Assembly: GCA_035548815.1 (NCBI GenBank)
Contig: DASZSF010000005.1
Coordinates: forward strand, 182,177-246,176
Length of the DNA: 64,000 nucleotides
Direction of reading: 5' to 3'
Origin: Minisyncoccota bacterium
Lineage (GTDB): Bacteria; Patescibacteriota; Minisyncoccia; Phycocordibacterales; SBAW01
Shown here: piece after piece, positions 53,979 to 63,713 of the stretch
Layout: every line of letters begins with the position of its first letter
Numbering within the stretch: the stretch's first letter is position 1
Program-made: the position numbers and the translations under genes
The notes under the pieces: model-generated
What the model saw: the letters and a program-made list of their open reading frames with translations, nothing else
Told to the model about the DNA's origin: nothing
The model's database searches: none

Positions 53979-55046
53979 ATGTCAGAGTTTTACAATAACG
54001 CGATTTTTTGGGTCGAGACCGAAAAGATCAAACCAAACCCATATCAGCCCCGCCGCGAATTCGACCAGGCAAAGCTTGAAGACTTAGCAAAATCCATCCG
54101 CCAATACGGCGTCATCCAACCGCTCACCGTCACACGAAAAGAATTTGAAAAGCAGGATGGAGGCTTAGCCACAGAATATGAACTTATTGCCGGAGAACGC
54201 CGTTTGCGCGCAGCGCGTTTGGCAGGTGTCGCCCAGGTGCCTGTCATCATCCGCGCCGACTACGACGATGACAAGACTAAGCTTGAAGTCGCTATCATCG
54301 AAAACCTTCAGCGCGAAGACCTAAACCCGATGGATCGTGCGCATGCATTTGCACGCCTTGTAAACGAGTTTGGGTTTAAGCACGTGCAGGTTGCAGAGAA
54401 AGTTGGGAAAAGCCGCGAATATGTCTCAAACACTATTCGCTTGCTCGCGTTGCCGCAGGATGTGCAAACAGCATTAACCGAAGGCAAAATTTCCGAAGGC
54501 CATGCGCGCCCGCTGTTGATGCTTGTTGATAGGCCGCAAGAGCAGAGCGTGCTGTTCCGCGAAATCATGCAGAAGAAGCTCACGGTGCGCGATACGGAAT
54601 CCATTGCACGCCGCATCGCTATAGACCGCGTCCGCCGCAAAGAATATCTGTACAGCCCTGAAATTATAGACATGGAACGCGAGCTGACAGAAGCTCTTGG
54701 TACGCGTGTGATGATCGAACCAAAAGAAAACGGCGGCAAACTCTCTATCGATTTTATGGGCGAAGATGATCTTCGTATTCTGTTTGCTTCTCTTGCAAGC
54801 CGCATTGCACAAGGTCCCGCTGCGCAGAAACCAACATCGCCTCAACACGGAGAATCTTCTGCTGAAGATTCTCCTATGTCCGGTGCCGTCGCACCTACCA
54901 ATGTTTCGGACGACGTTGTTTCTGCTTCGCCTGAAGCTATAACTCCCGCACCTGACGAAAAGGCCTCCGAACTCTTAGACGACCGCAGTAAAGAAGAAAA
55001 AGAGAACGATGAGAATTCGTTCGACCCTAGCAATTTTTCTCTATGA
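53979..55046 (+). CDS. parB: Chromosome partitioning protein ParB/Spo0J with acidic Ser-rich C-terminal extension
   Basis: IQPLTV...YELIAGERRLRAARLAG ParB box and HTH region. Start moved to the ATG downstream of the tRNA. Confidence 0.85.
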   Translation: MSEFYNNAIFWVETEKIKPNPYQPRREFDQAKLEDLAKSIRQYGVIQPLTVTRKEFEKQDGGLATEYELIAGERRLRAARLAGVAQVPVIIRADYDDDKTKLEVAIIENLQREDLNPMDRAHAFARLVNEFGFKHVQVAEKVGKSREYVSNTIRLLALPQDVQTALTEGKISEGHARPLLMLVDRPQEQSVLFREIMQKKLTVRDTESIARRIAIDRVRRKEYLYSPEIIDMERELTEALGTRVMIEPKENGGKLSIDFMGEDDLRILFASLASRIAQGPAAQKPTSPQHGESSAEDSPMSGAVAPTNVSDDVVSASPEAITPAPDEKASELLDDRSKEEKENDENSFDPSNFSL

Positions 55047-55684
55047 AAAAGATATATTTTGTCAGGCATGGTGAAAGCGATGCCAATGCCGGCGGGCCAC
55101 TAAAACCGGAGAATGAAGTGTCCCTTACAGAGCTTGGTCATGAGCAGGCAGAGTTTGTTGGCCAACGCGCTACAAAATTAGGCGTTGATGTAATTATTTC
55201 AAGCACGCTTTTTCGCGCTCGGCAGACTGCTGAACATATATCACAAGCAACAGGTTTGCCTGTAGAAACTTCAGATTTATTAATCGAACGACGATATCCA
55301 AGTGCAGGACATGGACGTACAAAGGATGATCCAATTCTTAAAGAAATCCTCCATGCGTTAGAAGTTCGGTTTGGTGAAGATGATCCAAAACATTCCGACG
55401 AAGAAACATTTGAAGAAATAAAAGAGCGTGTCATTAAAGCTCTTGAGTATCTTGCGAACCGCCCGGAGGAGAATATTTTAGTTGTTACGCACGGAATCAC
55501 TCTTCGGATACTTGTGGCTGTCGCACTTTTCGGCCCCGAACTGACGCGCCGTGAAGCTGGAAAGATAGTGAATGTGTTCAAAACCAAAAACACGGGTATC
55601 AGCTATTTTGAATACGATCCAGAATTGCAGCCGCATGCGCCATGGATAGTGCGCACATGGAACGATCACGCACACCTCGGGTAG
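55043..55684 (+). CDS. Histidine phosphatase family protein (phosphoglycerate-mutase-like)
   Basis: YFVRHGESDANAGG (RHG catalytic motif) and a C-terminal TWNDHAHL. Confidence 0.7.
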   Translation: MKKIYFVRHGESDANAGGPLKPENEVSLTELGHEQAEFVGQRATKLGVDVIISSTLFRARQTAEHISQATGLPVETSDLLIERRYPSAGHGRTKDDPILKEILHALEVRFGEDDPKHSDEETFEEIKERVIKALEYLANRPEENILVVTHGITLRILVAVALFGPELTRREAGKIVNVFKTKNTGISYFEYDPELQPHAPWIVRTWNDHAHLG

Positions 55685-55707
55685 TGCCTTGATATATCAA
55701 GGCAGTG

Positions 55708-57288
55708 TTAATTTTGTGTAGACGTTTGTCTTTCGAGCTGGTTGCGAATGTGGCGGCGGGCGAGGGTGGTTTTGGCGAAGTCGAGCCACTTCTTTGATGG
55801 CTTGGCGTTTTTCTTTGTTTGAATTTCAACAATGTCGCCGTTGTGGAGCATGGTATCGAGCGGTGCCATTTTGCCATTTATTTTTGCGCCTGCGACATGG
55901 TCGCCAATGTCAGAGTGTATGGCATAAGCAAAGTCCACCGGGCTTGAATTGACCGGCAGGTCGACGACGTCGCCTTTAGGCGTGAAGATAAACACGCGAT
56001 GCGTGAAAATGTCAGTCTTGAACGTTGTTTCAAAATCCTGATCGCTCGCTTCGTCTTCAAGTTCTGAAAGCCACTCTGGCGTTTCAGGCGCGCCATAGCG
56101 TGCACGCGGACGGACTTCGATCTCCGGTGCAGTTGCATCTTTTTTTGGAAGTGTGCGTGAAGGACGTTTGATTTTTGGCATCAAGCTTCGTATCCAGTCA
56201 AAACTGGTCATGCCGCGACGGGGTGCACCCGGTTTGCCGCCAGGCCCAACGCCCTCTTTGTACATAACGTGTGCGGCGATACCGAACTGCGCTTCTTGGT
56301 GCATTTCTTTGGTTCGGATCTGGATTTCTACGATGCCGCCGTCGCCCGCAAATATAGTGGTGTGCAGCCCTTGGTAACCGTTTGGTTTTGGAAAGGCGAT
56401 GTAGTCTTTAATTTTATTTGGAAGCGGTTGCCACAGGTTGTGCACGAACCCAAGCACGCGATAGCAGTCGGTAACGTCATTCACAATCACACGGAGCGCC
56501 GCAATGTCGAAGACGCTTTCGATGTCGCCGCCTTTGCGCTGGAGTTTTTGCCACAAGCTCCAGAGGCCTTTCACACGCTGCTCGACATGGAAGTTTCGGA
56601 GACCGTTCTTCGCAAGCTCTGTTTTAAGCGTACGCGACATTTTTTCGAGCCGCTCCTCTGTTTCTTCCGCGCGTTCGCTCAAAAGTTTTTTTGCTTCTGC
56701 ATAATCTTCTGGGTATGCGTATTGAAAGGCCAAATCTTCCAACTCGCGGCGGACCAAGCCCATACCCAAGCGGTGGGCGATAGCCGCGTAAATTTCCAAT
56801 GTCTCAAGCGCGATGCGTTTTTGCTTTTCAGGCGGCACGTGTTTGAGCGTGCGCATGTTGTGCAAGCGGTCCATGAGCTTGATGATGAGCACCCGTGCGT
56901 CCTGGCCTGTTGCCACGAGCAATTTGCGCAAGCTTTCGCGGTGGCGCTCCGCTCCGCGGTATTTAAACTGTCCGAGTTTGGTGACGCCTTCTACCAAAAA
57001 GCGGATTTCTTTGCCGTTTTTATCAAACGCTTTTTCTATCTGTTCTCCTGTGACGCCAACATCCTCTATGGAGTCGTGCAAAAGCCCGGCCGCAATAACC
57101 TTGGCGCTCATACCCACGCGCGCCAGGCTTTTTGCAGTCTCAATGAGGTGAATGATGTACGGTTCGCCCGAAAACCGCTTGTGGTCTTTGTGGGCTTCCG
57201 CGGCAAAGAGATAGGCCTTTTCCACCAAGGCAGCGTCCTCCTTGGACGGCCCGTTCATGAGGTTCAGTATGTCTTTCACCTCTGGCAT
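55708..57288 (-). CDS. rel: Bifunctional (p)ppGpp synthetase/hydrolase Rel (RelA/SpoT family)
   Basis: HD hydrolase domain (HLIETAKSL...LHDSIEDV), synthetase domain (RVKGLWSLWQK...) and a C-terminal TGS-like region. Confidence 0.9.
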   Translation of the reverse strand: MPEVKDILNLMNGPSKEDAALVEKAYLFAAEAHKDHKRFSGEPYIIHLIETAKSLARVGMSAKVIAAGLLHDSIEDVGVTGEQIEKAFDKNGKEIRFLVEGVTKLGQFKYRGAERHRESLRKLLVATGQDARVLIIKLMDRLHNMRTLKHVPPEKQKRIALETLEIYAAIAHRLGMGLVRRELEDLAFQYAYPEDYAEAKKLLSERAEETEERLEKMSRTLKTELAKNGLRNFHVEQRVKGLWSLWQKLQRKGGDIESVFDIAALRVIVNDVTDCYRVLGFVHNLWQPLPNKIKDYIAFPKPNGYQGLHTTIFAGDGGIVEIQIRTKEMHQEAQFGIAAHVMYKEGVGPGGKPGAPRRGMTSFDWIRSLMPKIKRPSRTLPKKDATAPEIEVRPRARYGAPETPEWLSELEDEASDQDFETTFKTDIFTHRVFIFTPKGDVVDLPVNSSPVDFAYAIHSDIGDHVAGAKINGKMAPLDTMLHNGDIVEIQTKKNAKPSKKWLDFAKTTLARRHIRNQLERQTSTQN

Positions 57289-57305
57289 AGTGCCAGTATA
57301 TACGG

Positions 57306-59651
57306 TTATTCGTCTTTTTTCTTCTTTGCGAAACCGCGGCGCTTTTTTTCTTCTTTCAAGATTTCGAGCGCGCGGTCGAGCGTAATGGTGTACACGTCGT
57401 CGGTTTTGAGCGAGCGGAAGTCTGGTTTTGGTTTTGTGTTGTGAGCAATGTACGGTCCAAAGCGTCCGACATTTGCAGTTATGCTTTCGCCGGTATCCGG
57501 GTGCGCGCCCAACGTGCGCGGCAAGGCCAAGTAGTGCAATGCGTCTGCCAATGTCACAGTTGCAGGATCTTTTTCTTTCGGAATAGATGCGCGTTTAGGT
57601 TTTGCTTTTTTAGTTGAGCCTTTACCTGTCGGCATTTCGCCAAGTTGTACGTACGGTCCAAAGCGCCCCGACAGAACAAATATATCCAGGCCGGTTTCCG
57701 GGTCTTTGCCGATTGGCTCGTTATCATTTGAAATAACTTCACCAGCGTCTGTGCGCGAACCGACACATTCAGGGAAGCGCGAACAGCTCATAAACTTTCC
57801 ACCGCGTGAAAGCTTGAAGACCATCGGTGCGCCGCAAATTGGGCAAGGGAATTCTGCTGGAGCAGGACCCAAGTCCGTTAGCTTGCCCGCCTCTTTGTCT
57901 TTTATTTTTACTTCTTTCAAAAACGGTGTGTAAAAATCCTTGAGGGTCTTTGCGTATTCGCGTTTGCCTGTGGCGATATCGTCGAGCTCGTCCTCCATTT
58001 CGGCGGTAAAGGTATCGCTGATGTAGGTAGGGAAGTTCTCTTCCAAGAATGTTGAAACAACATCGCCTGTGTCTGTTGGCACGAGCGAACGGCCTTCTTT
58101 GACGACATAGCCGCGGTCATCGAGCGTGCGCATGATAGATGCGTACGTAGACGGGCGGCCGATACCGCGCTTTTCAAGTTCCTTCACGAGCCCGGCTTCG
58201 GTGTAGCGCTGGGGCGGCGTGGTCTGCTTTTCATCTATATGTGTGTCGACGACATTCAATACTTCGCCTTCCTTTACTTCAGGCAGTTCGACATCCTCGC
58301 CGCGCGCAGCAGGGTCGGCACGAAGCCAGCCGTCGAACAGCACGCGCGAACCATTCGCTGAAAAGAAAAATTCTGAAGAATCTTTCTTTCCTTTCTCGCC
58401 AAATGAGAGTTCGTAGGTCACAAAGTCAGATGTATCCTCCGTGTCCTGGCTTTCATCGCCGCCTGTATGCGACTCAACATGCGCACGTTCGTAGGCATGC
58501 ACGTCAGTTTTTGTTTTGGCAATGATTTTGGTGCGCAAAATCTTTGCATCTGCCATCTGCGATGCAACAGTGCGCGCCCAAATAAGTTCGTATAAGCGTT
58601 TTTGTTCAGGCGTGGTGCCTGCCGACTCTTTTTCTATGTGCGTCGGGCGGATAGCCTCGTGCGCTTCCTGTGCATTCTTTGATTTGGTCGTAAAGACGCG
58701 CGATTGAGCGTAGTTTCCGCCATACTTCTTTTCGACATGTTTCAAGATCGCACCCTGAGCAGGCTTGCCCAGGTTTGTTGAGTCGGTACGCATATAGGTA
58801 ATGTGCCCTGCTTCGTAGAGTTTCTGCGCAATGCGCATGGTGTTGGCAGGGGAGAATCCAAGTCGCGAGCTTGCTGTCTGCTGAAGCGTCGATGTCGTAA
58901 ACGGTGCGCGCGTTGAACGCTTTGCTTCAGTCTCTGTAACGCCTTGGACGGTAAGCCCTTCTTTTTTTACAAGGATGCCGAGTTCGTCGGCATTGTCTTT
59001 ATCTCCCAAGTCGCGATTTGCGGTAAGGGTGAGCGCCTCCTTCTTTTTGGTCGTCGTGTCTGCACTAACAACATAGTAGGTTTGCGGTACGAATGCGCGT
59101 ATCTCTCGCTCGCGTTCCATCAAAATGCGCAGCGCTGGGCTTTGCACGCGGCCAGCCGAAAGGCCGTATCGGACCTTTTTCCAAATCAATCCCGAAAGAT
59201 CATAACCTACCAAACGGTCGAGCACGCGGCGTGCCTCCTGCGCCTGGCGGAGATTTTCGTCAATCTGGCGCGGGTGTTCAATTGCCTCTTGAATAGCCTC
59301 CTTGGTAATTTCGTGAAATACGATGCGTTCAGGTTTTTTGAGGCCAAGCTCGTCTTGGATATGCCAGGCAATAGCTTCGCCTTCGCGGTCGGGGTCGGTC
59401 GCAAGGATCACTTCGCTTGCTTTTTTTGCGAGATTTTTTAGATCGTGTATGACATCGACTTTACCGGGCACGACTTCGTAGTGGGGGACAAAGCCCGCCT
59501 CTATATCAATAGCTTTTTTGTTGCTTTTTGGGAGGTCGCGTACATGCCCTACAGATGCACGCACGACAAAATCGCCGGACGAATCTATGTCCTTTAAGTA
59601 TTTTTCGATAGTCTTTGCCTTTGCGGGGCTTTCGACGATGACTAGCTTCAT
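57306..59651 (-). CDS. topA: DNA topoisomerase I
   Basis: Toprim start MKLVIVESPAKAKTIEKYL, the catalytic Tyr region, and C-terminal Zn-ribbon-like Cys pairs. The ORF-track upstream extension uses TTG. Confidence 0.9.
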   Translation of the reverse strand: MKLVIVESPAKAKTIEKYLKDIDSSGDFVVRASVGHVRDLPKSNKKAIDIEAGFVPHYEVVPGKVDVIHDLKNLAKKASEVILATDPDREGEAIAWHIQDELGLKKPERIVFHEITKEAIQEAIEHPRQIDENLRQAQEARRVLDRLVGYDLSGLIWKKVRYGLSAGRVQSPALRILMEREREIRAFVPQTYYVVSADTTTKKKEALTLTANRDLGDKDNADELGILVKKEGLTVQGVTETEAKRSTRAPFTTSTLQQTASSRLGFSPANTMRIAQKLYEAGHITYMRTDSTNLGKPAQGAILKHVEKKYGGNYAQSRVFTTKSKNAQEAHEAIRPTHIEKESAGTTPEQKRLYELIWARTVASQMADAKILRTKIIAKTKTDVHAYERAHVESHTGGDESQDTEDTSDFVTYELSFGEKGKKDSSEFFFSANGSRVLFDGWLRADPAARGEDVELPEVKEGEVLNVVDTHIDEKQTTPPQRYTEAGLVKELEKRGIGRPSTYASIMRTLDDRGYVVKEGRSLVPTDTGDVVSTFLEENFPTYISDTFTAEMEDELDDIATGKREYAKTLKDFYTPFLKEVKIKDKEAGKLTDLGPAPAEFPCPICGAPMVFKLSRGGKFMSCSRFPECVGSRTDAGEVISNDNEPIGKDPETGLDIFVLSGRFGPYVQLGEMPTGKGSTKKAKPKRASIPKEKDPATVTLADALHYLALPRTLGAHPDTGESITANVGRFGPYIAHNTKPKPDFRSLKTDDVYTITLDRALEILKEEKKRRGFAKKKKDE

Positions 59652-59664
59652 TTCAGTTGTTCTA

Positions 59665-60540
59665 TCATACACGTTCAATTTTTCCTAACCGCTCTGCAAT
59701 GAGTCCGCGAATAAGCAGTGACGATAGTGCGATGTTCGCATCCTGTGCAGACAGGTCGCACGCGACGATTAGCTCGTCACTTTGAAGTGGCTCTATTAGC
59801 ATTCCAAGTATCGCTGCTTCGTTGTCGGTCAGGTCCATTGGGAGTGCCGTTTGCTGTATCGAGTCGTCTGTTTTGAATCCAAGTGCCGCGAGGATGTCAT
59901 TGCTGTTTCTAACCAGCGTTGCGCCTTCGCGAATGAGCCTGTTGACGCCCATGCCGGTAGGCCGGTCGAGCTCGTGCGGTATAGCCAGTACTTCGCGGTT
60001 GTAGTCGAGCGCTAGACGGGCCGTAATGAGCGTGCCCGACTTTTCGCCCGCCTCTACTATTAACGTTGCCTTGGACATGCCAGCAACGATACGGTTACGC
60101 TGGGGAAAGGAGTGGATCATAGCCGTAAACGGTCCTTCGTTTTCAGAAAGCAGCGTGCCTCCTTTCAATAATATAGTGTGCGCGAGGTTTATATTTCCAG
60201 CAGGATACAACGATTTGTCATCGAGACTTGAAGGGAGTATCGCTATTGTGGGGAGCCTAACGTCAAGCGCAGCGCGATGAGCTTCGGAGTCGATTCCAAA
60301 CGCGAGCCCCGACACTATTGTTATCGGATACTGCGCCAGCCCCGCGATAAGTTTGTGAGTCATCCGTTTGCCATAGGCAGTAGAGGCACGAGAGCCCACG
60401 ACGCACAACGTTGTGTTGTCGCGCGGAGGCATTTCTCCCCGGATGAACAAGCGCGTAGGAGCATCGGGAATGTGCCGCAAAAGTGGGGGAAAATCATTCG
60501 CGTCCAGTTGTCGGATAGGAAAACGCATTGTACTATTCAT
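59665..60540 (-). CDS. dprA: DNA processing protein DprA (Smf)
   Basis: LCVVGSRASTAYGKRMTHKLIAGLAQYPITIVSGLAFGIDSEAHRAAL Rossmann-like DprA core. Confidence 0.85.
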   Translation of the reverse strand: MNSTMRFPIRQLDANDFPPLLRHIPDAPTRLFIRGEMPPRDNTTLCVVGSRASTAYGKRMTHKLIAGLAQYPITIVSGLAFGIDSEAHRAALDVRLPTIAILPSSLDDKSLYPAGNINLAHTILLKGGTLLSENEGPFTAMIHSFPQRNRIVAGMSKATLIVEAGEKSGTLITARLALDYNREVLAIPHELDRPTGMGVNRLIREGATLVRNSNDILAALGFKTDDSIQQTALPMDLTDNEAAILGMLIEPLQSDELIVACDLSAQDANIALSSLLIRGLIAERLGKIERV

Positions 60541-60560
60541 TATATTGCACTGATACGAGT

Positions 60561-61853
60561 ATGCTTGATATTGCGTTTATTCGAGACAATCCGGACATCG
60601 TTCGGGCAACGCTAAAAAATAAGAACCGCGAAGGCACGGTCGATCTTGATCGCGTGCTTGTGCTTGCAGACGAACGCAAAGAGGCAGCTGCCCGCGTGAG
60701 CGACATCAACCATAAGCGCAACCAGGCTCAGCAGAATCGCGACATCGAAGCAGGCAAACAGCTCAAAGAAGAGCTTGCTGGAGCTGAAGAAAAATACAAA
60801 GAGCTTGAAAAGGAGCTTGTCTCTTTATTGATAAAAATACCGAACATCCCATCAGCTGATACCCCCATTGGGCCTGACGAATCGGGCAATCAGGTCATCC
60901 GCCAGTGGGGCGAGAAGCCTGCCTTTTCGTTCAAACCAAAAGAGCATTGGGAACTTGGTAAAGAACTCGGCGTCATCAATACCGAAAAAGCATCGGAAGT
61001 GTCTGGTGCGCGCTTCGCATATTTGATGGGAGATTTAGCGTTACTTGAATTTTCTTTGATGCGATTTGCATGGGATGTTTTGACCTCGCGCGAGAAACTC
61101 GGCGAGATAATCGCACACGCTGGCCTTTCGGTAAGCGACAAACCATTCACCCCTGTTATCCCGCCGGTTTTGATGCGCAGCCAGGTCATGAACCGTATGG
61201 CGCGATTGGACCCAATAGACGAGCGCTACTATTTTGAAAAAGACGACATGGTCTTCATTGGTTCTGCGGAACATACACTCGGGCCTCTGCATATGGACGA
61301 GAATATTCCTGAAGACCATCTGCCGCTCCGCTACGCTGCGCTCACGCCGGCGTTCCGTCGCGAAGCCGGGAGTTATGGCAAAGACACCAAGGGTATTTTG
61401 CGCATGCACCAGTTCAACAAGCTTGAGATGGAGACATTTTCAAAGCCTGAAGACGGTTTGGCAGAACAGCAGCTCATGGTTGCGATACAGGAGTATTTAA
61501 TGCAGCAGCTCGAGCTCCACTACCAAGTCATTTCTATCTGCACCGGCGACATGGGCTTCCCAGACCAGCGCCAGATAGATATAGAGACCTGGATGCCAGG
61601 TCAAGACACATACCGCGAAACGCACACGTCCGATTACATCGGAGGTTTTCAGGCACGCCGTTTAAATACAAAAGTGAAGCGTCATGACGGCACATCGGAG
61701 CCTGTGCATATGAACGACGCGACAGCACTTTCACAACGTCCGCTTATTGCCATCTTGGAAAACTATCAGAACGAAGACGGCTCCGTAACTATTCCAAAGG
61801 TCTTGCGCCCCTACATGGGCGGAAGAGAAAAAATCGAAAAGAAGGGCGTATGA
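60561..61853 (+). CDS. serS: Serine--tRNA ligase
   Basis: N-terminal coiled-coil arm, class II motif 2 (TPAFRREAGSYGKDTKGILRMHQF) and motif 3. Confidence 0.9.
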   Translation: MLDIAFIRDNPDIVRATLKNKNREGTVDLDRVLVLADERKEAAARVSDINHKRNQAQQNRDIEAGKQLKEELAGAEEKYKELEKELVSLLIKIPNIPSADTPIGPDESGNQVIRQWGEKPAFSFKPKEHWELGKELGVINTEKASEVSGARFAYLMGDLALLEFSLMRFAWDVLTSREKLGEIIAHAGLSVSDKPFTPVIPPVLMRSQVMNRMARLDPIDERYYFEKDDMVFIGSAEHTLGPLHMDENIPEDHLPLRYAALTPAFRREAGSYGKDTKGILRMHQFNKLEMETFSKPEDGLAEQQLMVAIQEYLMQQLELHYQVISICTGDMGFPDQRQIDIETWMPGQDTYRETHTSDYIGGFQARRLNTKVKRHDGTSEPVHMNDATALSQRPLIAILENYQNEDGSVTIPKVLRPYMGGREKIEKKGV

Positions 61854-62665
61854 CCTCGCGGCTCCGCGCACGCAGACGCCGCCGCGCGTATATAATCGCG
61901 GGACTTATCGCATTGGTGGTAGTGCTTCTGGCCGTGCTCGCATGGGCATTTGTAAGCGCGCCGTTCGCACGCATTACAAAAGTGACCGTGTCAGGCAGCA
62001 ATGTGGTGCCAGCGTCATCTATTGAAGACGCAGTACAGCATGAGTTGAAAGGGAAGTATGCGTTTATCTTTCCTAAAGACAGCATCTTTTTATATTCGCG
62101 CCATACAATTGAAGATGCAGTGCTGTCGCTGTATCCGACGCTTAAAACAGTTGGCGTTCACGCAAAAGATTTTCATACGCTCTCTGTTGTCGTGACGGAG
62201 CGCACGCCAAAAGCTCTGTGGTGCGGAACCGACGCATCCAGCGCGGCAAATACCTGCATGTTTCTTGATGAAAATGCTTTGGCGTACGCGTATGCACCCC
62301 AATATAGCGACACTGCATACACGACCTACTATGGCGCGCTAAAGCCGGGCACTGCGTCATCATCAAAACAATTTCTGACGAGTGACCAGTTTCATTCTTT
62401 GTCTGCGCTTGCTCGAACATTTGAACAGCATGTCGCTCCGGACCGGCTTTCGTATGTGAGTGTCAATGCAGATGACGATGCGACGCTCCAGTTCGCGCCT
62501 GGCTACTCCATACGCTTTTCACTGCATGATGATGGCGGAGACATCTACAACCACTTCACGGTAGCTCAAAAAGCCGCATCATTCGCCAACCATCCGCTGT
62601 CTGATTTTGACTACATCGACCTGCGCTTTGGCGACAAGGTGTACTACAAGCTCAAAAACGAGTAA
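61850..62665 (+). CDS. ftsQ: Cell division protein FtsQ/DivIB-like (POTRA domain)
   Basis: Basic N-terminus, one TM helix, and a POTRA-like ITKVTVSGSNVV...LSVVVTERTPKALW. Confidence 0.5.
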   Translation: MTSRLRARRRRRAYIIAGLIALVVVLLAVLAWAFVSAPFARITKVTVSGSNVVPASSIEDAVQHELKGKYAFIFPKDSIFLYSRHTIEDAVLSLYPTLKTVGVHAKDFHTLSVVVTERTPKALWCGTDASSAANTCMFLDENALAYAYAPQYSDTAYTTYYGALKPGTASSSKQFLTSDQFHSLSALARTFEQHVAPDRLSYVSVNADDDATLQFAPGYSIRFSLHDDGGDIYNHFTVAQKAASFANHPLSDFDYIDLRFGDKVYYKLKNE

Positions 62666-62674
62666 GGTGTCTCT

Positions 62675-63709
62675 ATGAAGGGATTCTGGGGCATGCTCAA
62701 AAAACCTATCTATGTATTGGCGCCGATGGCAGATGTTACCGACGCGGCATTTCGGCGCATCATCGCTAAGTATTCAAAAGTTGGTGGAGGCACACCTTAC
62801 GTCACCTATACAGAGTTCGTCTCGGCTGATGGGTTAGCATTGGCGCCTGAAGAGGGCAGGCAGAAGCTGCTGCGCGATTTGGCATTTAGCGAAGGCGAGC
62901 GGCCTATAGTCGCGCAGTTTTTTAGTGCCATTCCAGAACATATGGAAAAAGCTGCAAAATTGGCCAGCGAGCTTGGGTTTGATGGCGTAGACATCAACAT
63001 GGGTTGCCCAGCTGACGCAGTGGTCCGCCAAGGCGCAGGCGCAGAGCTCATAAAGCATCCAGAGCTCGCACAAGAATTAATTGCTGCTGCAAAACAGGGT
63101 GCTGGTGCGCTGCCCGTGTCAGTAAAAACACGGCTTGGGTACAACACAGACATTTTGGAAGAATGGCTACCGATATTACTTAAAGCCAAACCCGAAGTTG
63201 TGACCATTCATGCGCGAACCCGAAAAGAGATGTCGGCAGTGCCAGCGCGATGGGAGCGAATCGCACGTGCAGTAGAAATTCGGAACGAACAGGACAGCGA
63301 TGCGCTTATCATCGGCAACGGGGATTTGAAGAACATCGCCGATGCAAAAGAAAAAGTTGAAGCCACCGGTGCTGACGGCGCGATGCTTGGCCGCGCTATT
63401 TTTGGTAACCCGTGGTTGTTCTCAAGTTTGGTAAAGCCTGCGCAGAACTTTTCGATCGGTTCTGGGGAACCGCGAGAAAGTTCTGACTCCGGCATCCCCG
63501 AGCGTTTGAGAGTCGCAGTCGAACACACAAAACTTTTCGAAAAACTTTTAGGAGATGTAAAAAATTTCGCACTCATGAAAAAGCATTTCAAAGCGTATGC
63601 AGAAGGGTTCCCTGGTGCAAAAGAGTTGCGCGTAAAGCTCATGGAGACAAGTAATGCACATGAGATCGAAGAAATAGTAGAAGAGTTTTTAAAGGCGGGA
63701 GTATACTAG
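62675..63709 (+). CDS. dus: tRNA-dihydrouridine synthase
   Basis: LAPMADVTDAAFR, DGVDINMGCP (catalytic Cys) and the TIHARTR region. Confidence 0.85.
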   Translation: MKGFWGMLKKPIYVLAPMADVTDAAFRRIIAKYSKVGGGTPYVTYTEFVSADGLALAPEEGRQKLLRDLAFSEGERPIVAQFFSAIPEHMEKAAKLASELGFDGVDINMGCPADAVVRQGAGAELIKHPELAQELIAAAKQGAGALPVSVKTRLGYNTDILEEWLPILLKAKPEVVTIHARTRKEMSAVPARWERIARAVEIRNEQDSDALIIGNGDLKNIADAKEKVEATGADGAMLGRAIFGNPWLFSSLVKPAQNFSIGSGEPRESSDSGIPERLRVAVEHTKLFEKLLGDVKNFALMKKHFKAYAEGFPGAKELRVKLMETSNAHEIEEIVEEFLKAGVY

Positions 63710-63713
63710 TGGC

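Noticed and set aside
56269-57444. 391-aa plus-strand ORF inside rel
   Set aside because: It is an antisense shadow of the RelA/SpoT gene.
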